A stretch of 64,000 nt of DNA, from positions 104,904,001-104,968,000 of the forward strand of contig NC_042997.1 of NCBI RefSeq assembly GCF_006345805.1, written 5' to 3'. Below are positions 1 through 12,106 of the stretch, piece after piece. The stretch is from Octopus sinensis (lineage: Eukaryota). The position numbers were made by a program, and so were the translations under genes. Numbering within the stretch: position 1 is the stretch's first letter; every line of letters begins with the position of its first letter. The notes beneath the pieces were generated by a model. The model was given only the letters and a program-made list of their open reading frames with translations. It ran no database searches and was not told the origin of the DNA.

Positions 1-164
1 TTCCAACTATCCACTCACAACGCTTTGGTCGTTCCGAGGTTATAGTAGAAGACACTTGCTTAAGATGCCACGCAGTGGGAATGAACCTGGAATCATGTGG
101 TTAGGTTCACATGTGGCTAGGTTCACATGTGGCTAGGTTCTCACCACACAGCCATGCCAACGCC
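1..164 (-). mobile_element. SINE family A, 5' head (truncated by window edge)
   Basis: Reverse complement matches the head of the full copy at 41300 (GGCTGTGTGG...TTCAGTCCCACTGCGTGGCA.CTT..GCAAGTGTCTTCTACTATA). It contains a local 16-bp triplication CATGTGGYTAGGTTCA. Confidence 0.8.
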
Positions 165-1339
165 TAATGTAATTCAGATACTTTTTTTTCGAAACTCTTG
201 GCACCGGCTGCCATGAATATGACAAACAACAGTTATAAAAGAATACATCACTCAGTTTATTACGTGCGTGTCATAGAACCATTTCTATTTATACTCACCG
301 CTCCACTGTTTTATGTTTAATAATGGGATTTTTTGTCTTTTTTTGAGAATCTCAGTCAAAGGTATTTCCCATGTCAGTATTGACATTACTGAATTATACA
401 CCTGTGCTCTTTACTTGCCCCATTTTTAGAGCCTTTGCTAATTACCTCTTTGCATTTAATGGACGCTTGTGTAGGTGTAATGTTTGTTTTACGGTGATAC
501 GGAACTGGGTTTAGTAGGTTAGTGAAAATATGCATGTGTGTATTTATGTCTTTATGTACCTATGAATGCGTCTATTCATATACTTACATATCTGTGAATC
601 TATCACTCTAAATATATGCATGTATAAATCGAAACAAGATTATTGCAACAATGAGTGCAACACCCTAACCACTAATCACACGTCTCACACACCCACACGC
701 ACATATTCACACACACACAGAGAAACAAACACATAACCCCCCCCCCACACACACACAAACGCATGAACATCGCATTCCACTCTATCTTTCTCTTATTATA
801 TATATATATATGTAGCTTCATTAAGACTTATATATGCATATATTGAAAATAAATATATACATAGATATACATACACACACACACACACACATATATTACT
901 ATTAGAACTAAATAACAATCTATATAATCAACTTAGTGGGGACATGCTTTAAGAATGCCATAAACCTTTCGTATTCATCCTAAGAAAGTATATCCCATAG
1001 ACGTATACCAGGGAATATCAGCAGCAGAAAAAAGAGAGTCCAGTACCGGCGTGATTTCAACGCCTTTGCTCTTCGTTAGAAGCTATCCATTATTATCGTC
1101 TCTAGCCAAATCTCGTCCCTACTGAAATGTAGAATAACAGTGACTAATTTTCCACGTATCACAAATAGTTAGTGGGTTATATATACTGTTGTGTCTGGGG
1201 AGAGTCATTTTCTTTTTTTTGCCTTATAATGCAACACACTCACCGGTAAAATTTCCACTCTTTTCTTATTTTTATTTTCCTAAAATTTTCGTTGCGTCTT
1301 GCAACCTTTTCAATAGTTTTGACTCTGTCCGTTATTTAC

Positions 1340-1599
1340 ACTGTGTTCCCTTTTGTTTGTTTGTGCGCATGTGTGGGGGTCAGTGTGTGTGTGTGTGTGC
1401 CTATGCATGCATGTACGTATGTATATATGTGTGTGTATGCATATGTATGTATGTGTGTGCATCTGTATGTACGTATCCTGCATATTTATGTGCTTGCATG
1501 TCCGTCTTTGTGTGTTTTCTATGTATGTGTGTGTGTGAGCATGTGTTTGTATATGTATGCACCTCTGTCTCCTTGTGTGTACGTCTTTGTGTGTGTGTG

Positions 1600-1631
<32 letters not shown>

Positions 1632-1640
1632 CGTTATGCA
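1340..1640. repeat. Degenerate (GT)n/(GTAT)n microsatellite tract
   Basis: Direct reading; it produces the spurious C/V/Y/M-rich ORFs at 1189-1853. Confidence 0.9.
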
Positions 1641-1920
1641 ACTATGTACCATGCTTATATGTATGGATGTGCATCTTTATATGTGTGGATCCGTGTCTCC
1701 ATATGTGTCTGTTCTTATAGCCTATATACCTATCTGTCTATATGTCGATCTGTTTATTTTCATATCATATGCTTACATACAGAAATAAAAGTGCATAAAC
1801 ACACTCACACCCACACACACATACATACATTTTTCTACCTAACAGTCCACTAACTGTTCTACTCCACCTGTGTAAACTGTGGGTATGGAGGGTTATATAT
1901 ATGTATATATACATAAATAT

Positions 1921-1959
<39 letters not shown>

Positions 1960-2208
1960 AGAGAATCAAATATCCTTATTGAGTCATAGCTAATATTTTT
2001 GCTCATGCATACAATGCACCATCCGGTTCAGGAATCGAAACTACAATCTTCGTACCAAGATTGCAACACTCTAAATACGAATGAAATGCCTCACATGCAC
2101 ACACGCTTCCGAGTACACACACATAGATGTATATAGAATTCACTCTTCCTCTCTCCATCTCATTTTTTGTATTATATATGTATGTATATATATATATATA
2201 TATATTTT

Positions 2209-2328
2209 TTTATTATATAGAAGGAGCTTCTACAGGACTAGTACTGTTTCATTCAAGAGAAATCTTCCTGAAGATTTCTCTTGAATGAAACAGTACTAGT
2301 CCTGTAGAAGCTCCTTCTATATAATAAA
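2209..2328. repeat. Perfect palindrome, 59-bp arms with 2-nt loop (foldback element, probably PLE-derived)
   Basis: 2209-2267 is the exact reverse complement of 2270-2328. The right arm reads CTGAAGA-TTTC..GAAT-GAAAC-AGTACTA-GTC. Confidence 0.9.
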
Positions 2329-2551
2329 TTAATTTTACTCTGCTATGTATTGAGTACCTTACTTACTGTGGTTAACCCCGGATCAACCCGGGACCTACAT
2401 ATATATATATATATATATATTAGTATATATAGATACACTAGTACATGCATGCATACATATATGCATATATATACACATATATACTATATACATGCATATA
2501 CATACATACATACACATATATACAAACAGAGTTCTAGTGAAAAAATATATA

Positions 2552-3035
2552 AAAAAAGAGGGAAAATGCCCACAATTCATATATTTTAATATATTTTAAA
2601 GGATAGAATATTAGGATAGTCTACAGGTTTCGTGCGTCGCTAATTATGACATTGACACTGGTGAAAATATTGTAATTTAGTATTTTCTTAAAGAGTTTTT
2701 AGTCCATGATGGTTGTATAAGAGTCTGTTTGTAAACGAACCAGCGTGTAGAAAAAAATCTTAATGGAGGTAAATGGTGATTGTTATTATTTGCGATATTT
2801 GATTTATTTTTTTGGAGCGGTACACATTTTTGTAGGATAGGCTATTTTTTTTTTGGCTCCAACTCTCATACAAGCAGCATGGACTAAAAACTCCTTAAGA
2901 AAGTACAAAATAGCAATATTTTCACCAATCTCAATGTCCTAGGGCGAAACCCGAAACCAGTAGACTGTCATAATATTATATCTTTTAAAATATATTCAAA
3001 ATATAGAAATTGTGTGCATTTTCCGCCTTTTGTTA
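2552..3035. mobile_element. Foldback element with ~170-bp diverged inverted arms
   Basis: The arm at ~2552-2724 (GGAAAATGCCCACAATT...GAGTTTTTAGTCCATG) is the reverse complement of ~2862-3035 (CATGGACTAAAAACTC...AATTGTGTGCATTTTCC). Confidence 0.75.
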
Positions 3036-3804
3036 TGTGTATCTATATATATATGAGTGCGTGTGTGCGTGTGTGCCTATGTTTGTGTGTGTCTGTGTTT
3101 GTGTGTGTGTATGTGTATGTATGTATTTATCTATATGTCTGTGCATATTTATCTATATGTGTGTGCACGCATGTGTTTGAGTATGAGCGTTTGTGTACGT
3201 GTGCAGGTGCAGTACGATCGAAAGGGTAAAATATTTGCTTCGCCACCACGAAGACTTGGGCTCTATCTTACCGCATGCTATCTTGGATAAATTTCAATTA
3301 TAAATTATGCTCCTGCAGATCCAACTTGTGAGTGAAATTCAGTAGGTCAAAAATGTGCAAAAGACCATCGGTTGGATTGTACCGGTAATTTAAAGAGACA
3401 GCCTTGAACCATACTGCCTAACGCTGATTCTACCTGAGAATTATTTTAAGGGTACACCTATCTGTGGAATATTCACCAACTTATACCTTACTTTAGAAGC
3501 ACGTAATGCGTTTTATCGAATCAAATCCTGATCATCAAACGCGTTCAAAGTGTTATAGTCGCGGGAGGGAGAATACTTTTTATGAACAGCTACATATCAT
3601 GACCAATTTTGGACATATTTCTTCTGAAGTACACCGTGGAAACAGATACTCTTCTCTTGTTATCTGGCTTTCTCTCTCTCTCTCCTCTTTACCTTTGTCT
3701 CTCTCTTTCTCCCCCTTACTCTCCCTTAACACATGCATTCAAACACACAGAGACACATGCATTAAGGTGTGTGCGCCTATATACACATACATATACATAT
3801 ATAA

Positions 3805-3875
<71 letters not shown>

Positions 3876-4261
3876 TATATGCATGCTTTTATATATACAA
3901 ATAGAGAGAGAGGCGATGAGAGAGGAAGAGAGAGGAAAAAAAAAGAGGGGAAAGAGATTGAGGCGGGGCGAAAGTGTGACACGTGATTTCAAAGTAATTC
4001 GAAAGTCATTTCTATTCTGTAAATTAGGCAGATTCATTGAAAATTATTTGAGTGAAACATTTGTTTGATACTAACAATGAAGTATATAAAAACCCAAACA
4101 AAAGCGGAAACATTTTACGGAAGCACAGGTTTAGTGAGGCATTATCAAACGGAATAGACTTATATTTCAGACGGAATTTTAAATGAATCAGGCTAAGTTT
4201 TAGGCTGAAGATTGGGGTAAATGAAGCATAACGTCTGAGCAGTTATATTACGTCATACAAT

Positions 4262-5100
4262 TCAGATACAATTTACGTCATACAATTTAGATACGCCTGA
4301 CACAGAACTCCATACTCGTGAACATGTACTCTCGCTATGTTGATGATATCAACATAGTGGTAAAGGCACCCCCACAAGAGAGTACTCTTGAAATAGAAAT
4401 AGAAACTAATACTATGGAGAGCATCCAACAAATAGCTAACTCCATCCACCAGAGTATTAAGGTGAGAATAGACTACGCTACTAAGCACCCTAACCATAGA
4501 CTACCAGTACTAGATACAGAACTCTGGTTGGAAACTGAGAATAATAAAACCCGAATCCTTCATTCACACTATGCCAAACCTATGGCTTCCAAATACTTGA
4601 TCCACCGCAACTTAGCTATCGGGGACAATGCCAAATTCAATATTTTGATGGCAGACCTCGTCAGAATAATGCGAAATGTGTCCCGCATGTGAACCCGACA
4701 GAGTTAAAGAGACGCATACAACATTTCGTTCACCGCATGCACTTCTCAGGTTACAGCCATAAAGAATGGATCATAGTATACAAAGGAGCCATGAAGAAAT
4801 TTGATACTATCATACGTAACGATGGGAATGGGATTTGCCCACTCTATAGGAGCAAGTCATGGAACACTATTGAAAGGACTAAGAAGAAAATAGGGAAGGC
4901 CAACTCTTGGTATGATAGACACAAATACCAGCGTGTCATGTTCGTCGACACTACCCCTAGAGGCGAACTGGCGTACCGCTTTAGAAGGGCCCTAGATAAA
5001 CTTAAGCTAAGGATTAAGGCTGTTGAAAGGTCAGGCAACCCTATCAAATCCCTAATCGGTAGAACCTACCCTTTTAGTAGAACCCCATGTACGGATAGGA
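4262..5100 (+). pseudogene. Penelope-like retroelement RT C-terminal half and linker, frameshifted near 4690
   Basis: Motifs YSRYVDDINIV (RT catalytic), LPVLDTELW, HYAKPMAS, LVRIMRN, MHFSGYS, MFVDTTPRGELA and the Cys linker PCTDRKC are typical of PLE RT/thumb regions. Confidence 0.85.
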
Positions 5101-5290
5101 AGTGTGACGAAAGAACTCTGGCCGAAATAAGATTAAGATTAATGTAAAAAATAAATCAAGCTGGAGCAAATTAACACCAAATATATAGTGCGTGTGTTTT
5201 TATTGGCTAACAGGCAATATGACCATTCTTAGATACAACATCTGTTTCAACACACGATTTCGCATCAAGAATCTTGCAAAACAAATATAT
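5099..5290 (+). mobile_element. PLE terminal repeat (pLTR-like) segment carrying the 3' half of a hammerhead motif
   Basis: Closely similar to 20414-20600 and related to 18745-18890; directly abuts the PLE ORF. Confidence 0.75.
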
Positions 5291-5406
5291 AAACGTAAAA
5301 ATTTAGATACACTTTTAACACATATACATAGAACACAGAGGCACACACGCACAATGCATACACATGTTTAATAAAGAATATAAATTTATTACATAAATAA
5401 ATTTAA

Positions 5407-5520
5407 TACTGGGTTGGCAGAAAATCCATTTTGTAAACGAAAATAAGACACAAGTGATTCATTCAATTAATGGTATAATTACCATTTTGTGCCAATATCT
5501 TCTGACATTTTGTTAGCAGA
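5407..5520 (-). mobile_element. Mariner transposon 3' end remnant
   Basis: Minus strand translates LLTKCQKILAQNGNYTIN*, like the mariner C-terminal LPxRWQKVxxxNGxY, followed by a TIR-like end TACTGGGTTGGCAGAAAA. Confidence 0.55.
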
Positions 5521-5549
5521 GGAGTGCTACTGATTTGGGGTAAAAGAAT

Positions 5550-5725
5550 ATACAGTAGGATCAGGCAATTATGACTTTATTCAATATAGTCCAATTTCAG
5601 ATTCGTACATTTATTGCAACGGCCCTTTAGTTCTTGTAAGCCCTGTAAATGCACTCAGAAGTTTTGGCCTACAAACAGGCCTTTCGCGATACCCTTAAAG
5701 CTAGGGACTTTTCAGCCCTCCCTCG
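5550..5725 (-). mobile_element. Mariner-type terminal fragment
   Basis: Ends in ACTTTTCAGCCCTCCCTCG|TA, i.e. a TA-CGAGGG...CTGAAAAGT mariner-type TIR. The left boundary is uncertain. Confidence 0.5.
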
Positions 5726-6084
5726 TATTAAATAGCGAATAATGGGACGATGAAAGAAAGTCATTTAGACGTCTTTAGCTGCGAAAATGCAGACCCGTTT
5801 AGTATGGAGTTTACGAGGATTTAGAACTTCATTTCTGGGGATAGCTTATCATCTCGGCAGTTAGATACGGAGGTACGGTAGTAGTTATTTTTGTCTTCTA
5901 AATTTCCTCGGTGTATGCATGCATGAAGCTTGCATGAACAGCAAGACAGAAGGAATTGAGTGAAAGCGAAAAAAGAGCCTGCAAAATTATTGGGCACATT
6001 TTAAAATATTGTTTAGAAAATTACATTCATTCTATTAAGATAGCATACTCTGCTATTATTTACGTGTAAGTAACCCGTTGACCA

Positions 6085-6455
6085 GGAACATGGTAATTTT
6101 GGTTCATCTTCAAAACTCTACCTTCCCCTCCTAAATGCAGTTGTCCACTTTTGCAGTGTTGAGAAAGCTGGAGCGTCAACCCCCAATGTAACAACTATGC
6201 CAGCATGATGTCGTTGGCGGTTTAAATATTTTCTCTGTAGGCACTTGATAAGGCCACATTGCCACTCTTTTTCCATTTTCATGAGAAGTTGCTACTAGAT
6301 GCTTTTAAGGTCTGCTCTGAACAATCAGATGTCAGTTTACGTGGAAAGAAACAATGCAATAATTAATAAGATGATTCAAAATTAATGCGTGCAATATTTC
6401 ACAATTCTAGCTTCACTCTTTCATAGTGAGTTTAAGAAAGTTTTTGCCCACCTCG
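6085..6455 (-). mobile_element. Mariner transposon 5' remnant (TIR plus N-terminal HTH)
   Basis: Minus strand from ~6276 reads MEKEWQCGLIKCLQRK...TLGVDAPAFSTLQKWTTAFRRGR*SFEDEP, the mariner HTH pattern. The terminus is CACCTCG|TA. Confidence 0.75.
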
Positions 6456-7011
6456 TATTTTAGTCTTCAGAAACACCACTAAAGGTGGTAGTAATCGTTC
6501 TTTCCCTGAGTTGTGATTTTGGGGAATAATTTACTCAGATGGAGATCAACACGTGTAATGTATTTTTCAATGTGTGAGAGGTACCGATGACAGGGCGGGA
6601 AAAGTTAATTCTTAAAAGAGTAGGTAGGGGTCGTGTCCATGCAAAGGAGTGGCCACCATTAAATAAAGAATAAGTTTAAGGAGGTGGAATTAAGCCGTTC
6701 TAGGGATTAAATATGCCACCAAAGAACAGGACTCGGGTATCTGGCGGTACGTTCAAAGGTAACCACAATATCAGGGCTTTCGAGCGTCTCAAATATGCAT
6801 AATAATAGACACTATAGCAATCATGGCTTTTAATCATGTATAAAAAGTTCATTCGTACGCATACAAATACCCAGATGTGTATAGATGTGTAAGCACGTAT
6901 GCATATACATGTATACATACACACAAATATGTATGTATATGAGTATGTATAAACATGTATATATTTATGCCTATACATATATACATATATATTACACACG
7001 CACATATATGA

Positions 7012-7012
7012 C

Positions 7013-7095
<83 letters not shown>

Positions 7096-7125
7096 TGGAC
7101 ATACAGACAGATACATACATACATA
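7012..7125. repeat. Compound (GATA)n(GACA)n microsatellite
   Basis: Direct reading. Confidence 0.9.
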
Positions 7126-7135
7126 TATTACTACA

Positions 7136-7500
7136 GCACTCCGTCGGTTACGACGACGTGGGTTCCAGTTGATCCAATTAATGGAACAGCCTGCTCGTGA
7201 TATTAACGTGCAAGTGGCTGAGCAGCCCACAGACACGTGTACCCTAAACGCAGTTCTTGGGGAGATTCAGCGTGTCACAGGATGTGACAAGATTGGCCCT
7301 TTTAAATACAGGTACAACAGACACAAGACGAAAGAGCAAGAGGTGGTGAAAGAATAAAGCAGGGTTCACCACCACCACCTGCCGAAGCCTCGTGGAGTTT
7401 TAAGGGTTTTCGCTCAATAAACATTCACAACGACCGGTCTGAGAATCGAAACTGCGATCCTATGACCGCGAGTCCGCTGTCCCAAACACTGGGTCATTTC
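7136..7500 (-). mobile_element. Chimeric SINE: family C tRNA head plus family D body/tail
   Basis: 7330-7500 matches the head of the 15744 copy; 7136-7320 matches the 3' part of the 12832 and 62242 copies. Confidence 0.8.
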
Positions 7501-7504
7501 CCCC

Positions 7505-7902
7505 CAGGAGTGGCTGTGTGGTAAGTAGCTTGCTTACCAACCACACAGCTCCGGGTTCAGTCCCACTGCGTGGCACCTTGGGCAAGTGTCTTCTCGGGTC
7601 GACCAAAGGCTTGTGAGTGGATTTAGTAGACGGAAACTGAAAGAAGCCCGTCATATATATGTGTATATATATATGTGTGTGTATATGTTTGTGTGTCTGT
7701 GGCTGTCCCCCCACCCAACATCGCTTGACAACCGATGCTGGTGTGTTTACGTCCCCTTAACTTAGCGGTTCGGCAAAAGAAACCGATAGAATAAGTACTA
7801 GGCTTACAAAGAATAAGTCCTGGGGTCGATTTGCTCGACTGAAGGCGGTGCTCCAGCATGGCCACAGCCAAAATGACTGAAAACAGTAAATGAGTAAAGA
7901 GT
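7505..7902 (+). mobile_element. SINE family A, near full length with internal microsatellite
   Basis: tRNA-like head (A/B boxes), CORE-like GGCACCTTGGGCAAGT, internal (TA/TG)n, and body ending CAGCATGGCC.CAG.CAAATGACTGAAAC. Confidence 0.9.
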
Positions 7903-7903
7903 A

Positions 7904-7961
<58 letters not shown>

Positions 7962-7987
7962 CATAACATATATATATATATATATGA

Positions 7988-8058
<71 letters not shown>

Positions 8059-8157
8059 ATTAATCAATATAGGGAGGCAAAAAAATTTTGTAGAATTCTT
8101 TTGCCCCCAGCGGCCTAGTGGGAAAAAATTAAATAGTCATAAACCATTTTTAAGTTC

Positions 8158-8441
8158 AATATCACAATCAAGGAACGGCCATAATAGGCCATTCACCCAC
8201 TAGAAATAACAGCCAAAAAGCTTCAACCGCAAAATAACATTAATTCTGTAACCATTTAATCAGGTTAGCTTACCATTAAACAGTAGACGAAACGGTGCAT
8301 CGTATAAGGAATTTCAGGGTAAATGTTTTTTTTTTAATTTTCTCCTGGTTTACAGAATTAATGTTATTTTGCGGTTGAAGCTTTTTGGCTGTTATTTCTA
8401 GTGGGTGAATGGCCTATTATGGCCGTTCCTTGATTGTGATA
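8158..8441. mobile_element. Foldback element with ~92-bp near-perfect inverted arms
   Basis: ATATCACAATCAAGGAACGGCC...AATTCTGTAA (8158-8250) is the reverse complement of 8350-8441; the spacer is ~95 bp. Confidence 0.85.
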
Positions 8442-8481
8442 TATATATATACATATATATATATATGTATATATATATACG

Positions 8482-8513
<32 letters not shown>

Positions 8514-8976
8514 GAGAGAGGGGAATAGCGTGAGAGAAATAGGGTGAGATAAAATGTATGAGTTGTATATTGGTACAAAATCACACCAATGCTCAAATAG
8601 ATAGAGGCATATACTCAAATACATACATAATCTTACAATTTTATCAAATTACTTATCCGTACAATAGCATTTACCGGTTGTTAAGAGCACAGTATGCAAT
8701 GACACTAACATGAAAGAGACCGAGTACTTTGTATCATTTAATATAATCGAGAGAAACAGAACGAGTGGGCGGGGACTGAGTGAAAAAGTAGCAAAATATA
8801 CGTTTAGGGGTGTTTAAGACGAACAGTCAAAATGGTATATAATCAATCAGGGGAAAATAAATACCATATTTTGCAATACCTGACTGAGTACACGTATCTG
8901 TGTGTGTGTATGGTTGTACGTATGCTTGTATAAAGATTATGTATGTCTACGTATATAGGTATGTATGCACACACAC

Positions 8977-9010
<34 letters not shown>

Positions 9011-9012
9011 TA

Positions 9013-9104
9013 AAAATGAATAGAAATTGCTTTCCTGAAAAATTTTCCACTTTAATAATTAGATATAGTCGTAAAATTATCAGGAAAGCCATTTCAGTTC
9101 ATTT
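9013..9104. repeat. Imperfect ~90-bp hairpin
   Basis: AAAATGAA..GAAATTGCTTTCCTGA.AATTTT pairs with AAAATTATCAGGAAAGCCATTTC.GTTCATTTT. Confidence 0.65.
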
Positions 9105-9164
9105 TCTTTTTTTTTTTAAGTATATATAATACTGTACCAAGAGATTTCTACTTCTTATTCTGCT

Positions 9165-9197
<33 letters not shown>

Positions 9198-9218
9198 GTA
9201 TATATACATAGAGAGAGG

Positions 9219-9883
9219 TTGGGGCAAGTGCTGCTGCGTGGGCTGGAGCAGGGGAAGGAGCCAGGTTTGGAGTTGGGGCTAGGGAAGAAACTGTGGACCA
9301 GAAGGTTACGTAGATTGTGGGCTCGTTTGAAGGAAGGAACGTGTAGTTTGGGGAAGATGAGTGAAGGGAAGGGGTCGGAGAATGGTGCGTTGGGGGGGCA
9401 GGGTGGAGGAGTTGTAGGTGAGAGAAACAGGATACGGGGAGCGGCGGGGAGGGAGAGCAGAGGCACGGTCCACGGAACAGGTTCTGGCAAGGGCGGTGCG
9501 GATAGTGATGAGGGGATATCCACGAAGGATGAAGTGGCGAGCCATGAGATGAGACTGAGTCTCAAAGTCATGGTTGTCACTGCAGAGCTTGCGCAAACGG
9601 AGGAATTGGCAATAGGTAATGGAGAGCTTGGTGTAGGAAGGGTGGGAGGAGGAGAAGTTGAGGCATGAGGGCAAGTCGATGTGTTTGTAGTGGATGGAGG
9701 TAATGAGAACGGAGTGGTACATGTTGACCGAAATTCGAGGGCAGGGTGGAAGGATGGGACAAAAGAGAGGAAGGAGTCTAGTTTTTCGCGTATAGTTCCG
9801 GAGTGGGACCAGTGAATCTTGAAAATATTTGGGCCGCAACGAAGCTAATGAACAGGTTCGCATAGTAGGAGCCCATTCTCGTA
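9219..9883 (-). pseudogene. Penelope-like retroelement RT fragment (probably Neptune-type linker), internally deleted and frameshifted
   Basis: [11 protein letters not shown] (GxxMG motif), TSIHYKHID..LNFSSSHP..KLSITYCQFLRLRKLCS..FILRGYP, then FKRAHNLRNLLVHS..PGSFPCSSPRSSTCP (decayed Cys linker). The YxDD segment is missing. Confidence 0.85.
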
Positions 9884-9923
9884 TATATGTCTATATATAC
9901 GCACATACACACACACACACACA

Positions 9924-10003
<80 letters not shown>

Positions 10004-10162
10004 GGTCGAAGTATGCATGTTTGGTTAAGTAGCTCACTTTGAAACCGAGTAGTTTCGGGTTCAGTCTCACTGCGCGACACATTGTGCAAGTGTCTTCCAA
10101 TTTCGCTTCCGCTATTCCTTCATTTACATTGACAGCGCGTGAACCACCAAGCAGCTACCAAA

Positions 10163-10211
<49 letters not shown>

Positions 10212-10260
10212 CTTTTCATTCGTTTGCTCTCTCAAGTCCTACACATATGTGTGTGTACGT

Positions 10261-10315
<55 letters not shown>

Positions 10316-10758
10316 TATACATTGATGGGTCAATTATCGCCTCATTAGCACATTATGTAAGATCCTGGCTAGCGTAGTATTCCAAAATCAGAAGGTGGTC
10401 CTTAAAACATAAATTGATATTAAAAGGAAAACTGCACAACTCCAAAGTATGGTCCAGTAAGGTTAATATAAGAGCTGGAGTGTGATTAATAATTTGAATG
10501 TGGAAAGAAATCAAATTGACATTACTATTTTTCTTGTAAAAAATATATATAACTATATTTGGTCAATCGTGGCCTCAAATCATGACATCTGAGGAAATGA
10601 AGGGACTTTACGGTTATTATTACATATTTCTATATATTATGTCGTACATTACATAACATTGCATGAATTGTATAACATTGAATCAGATAAGGAATAAAAA
10701 GAATATAGTCCGTTTACAGAAACAATTGCAATGTCAATTTGACTTCTCCCTTCTCATT

Positions 10759-11873
10759 CGAAGTGTCAAAAATTTCCTGGACTAGTTCTGTAGGCCACTC
10801 ACAGATGGCAGCACACGGTTGGGTTCCCAGAGTGACCTAGCATGAGACAACGTGTTGAATGACGTTACTGTGTTTACTTCCCAAGTTGTGAAATTTATGT
10901 TTTTGTGATCACGTGTATGTTGTACTTTGCGATGTTTGTCGTGAACAAGAAGTTGGAACAAAACACAAAGGTGAAATTTTGCGTTTAACTTGTGAAGTCT
11001 GTTACAGAGACATTGAGCATACTTCGGTAAGCTTACGGCGACGAGGCAATGGGTTGTACTCAAGGTTTCGAGTGGCACAGGCGTTTCAAAGGGCACGAGA
11101 GAGCCGCAGCTCAATCAAGAGCATACTAATCATATTTTTGTCATTCGAGCTGGCAGAAACGTCAGCGCGCCAGGCGAAATGCATAGCGGTATTTCGTCTG
11201 TCGTTACGTTCTGAGTTCAAATTCCGCCGAGGTCGACTTTGCCTTTCATCCTTTCGGGTTCGATTAAATAAGTACCAGTTACGCACTGGCGTCGATATAA
11301 TCGACTTAATCCGTTTGTCTATCCTTGTCTGCTCCCTCTGTGTTTAGCCCCTTGTGGGTAGTACAGAAATAGGTATTGTGTATAGAGAATGTACCCGAGG
11401 GCCAGTCTCTCAATCGAGAGTTCTACCGCGACGATTTGAAGCCTTTTAGGGCAGACATTCGGTGGAAGTGACAGGATCTGTAAAGCGCGAAGACTGGTCA
11501 CCTTCACGACGGCAATGCACCCTGTCACCAAGCTCTCTCCACTCATGAGTTTTTTGCCAAAATCAACATATTATCGCTTCCGCAGCCGCCATGTTCGTCA
11601 GATTTAGCACCTGCGCACTTCCATCTCTTCCTCGAGATGAAATCGCAGCCCAAAGCTCGTCGTTTTAACACCGTTATCGAGATCAAGACCTAATCGCAAT
11701 GAGTCGGCACGTTTACAGAAAATTATTTCCAATCCGGATTCCAAAAGTGGCAGAAACGCTGGGATGGGTATATTGCTGCGGAAGGTAACTATTTCGAAGG
11801 TGATGGTGTTAAAACTCAGGTAAATAAGTTATTCATTATTAAACGTACCTAGTCCGGAAAGTAATATCACCTC
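10759..11873 (+). mobile_element. Decayed mariner transposon with both TIRs, internal deletion and a SINE insertion
   Basis: N-terminus LEQNTKVKFCV*LVKSVTETLSILR*AYGDEAMG.TQGFEWHRRFK; C-terminus HLHDGNAPCH...QPPCSSDLAPAHFHLF...WQKRWDGYIAAEGNYFEG. TIRs TCAAAAATTTCCTGGACTAG and CTAGTCCGGAAAG..ATCACCTC. Confidence 0.85.
11147..11377 (+). mobile_element. SINE family B (Nin/Deu-domain-like) inserted in the mariner
   Basis: GAGCTGGCAGAAACG...GAGTTCAAATTCC (B box)...GTCGACTTTGCCTTTCATCCTTTCGGG...AAGTACC, with tail GAAATAGGTATT. Confidence 0.85.
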
Positions 11874-11919
11874 TGCAGCAAGTACAAGATAACTTATAAA
11901 AAATTATATAATAATAATA

Positions 11920-11961
<42 letters not shown>

Positions 11962-12052
11962 CATTATTATTATTATATAGAGTTGCTGCATGATATATAG
12001 TATACATTATATGATATATATACTATATGTATAATGTATATAATGCACACAT

Positions 12053-12106
<54 letters not shown>

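Noticed and set aside
1189-1853. Cys/Val-rich ORFs up to 199 aa (and similar YI/HT-repeat ORFs throughout, e.g. 35156-35574, 61439-62133)
   Set aside because: They are translations of dinucleotide and tetranucleotide microsatellites that are open in several frames on both strands.
9219-9668. Gly-rich 149-aa plus-strand ORF
   Set aside because: It is the antisense shadow of the minus-strand Penelope fragment.
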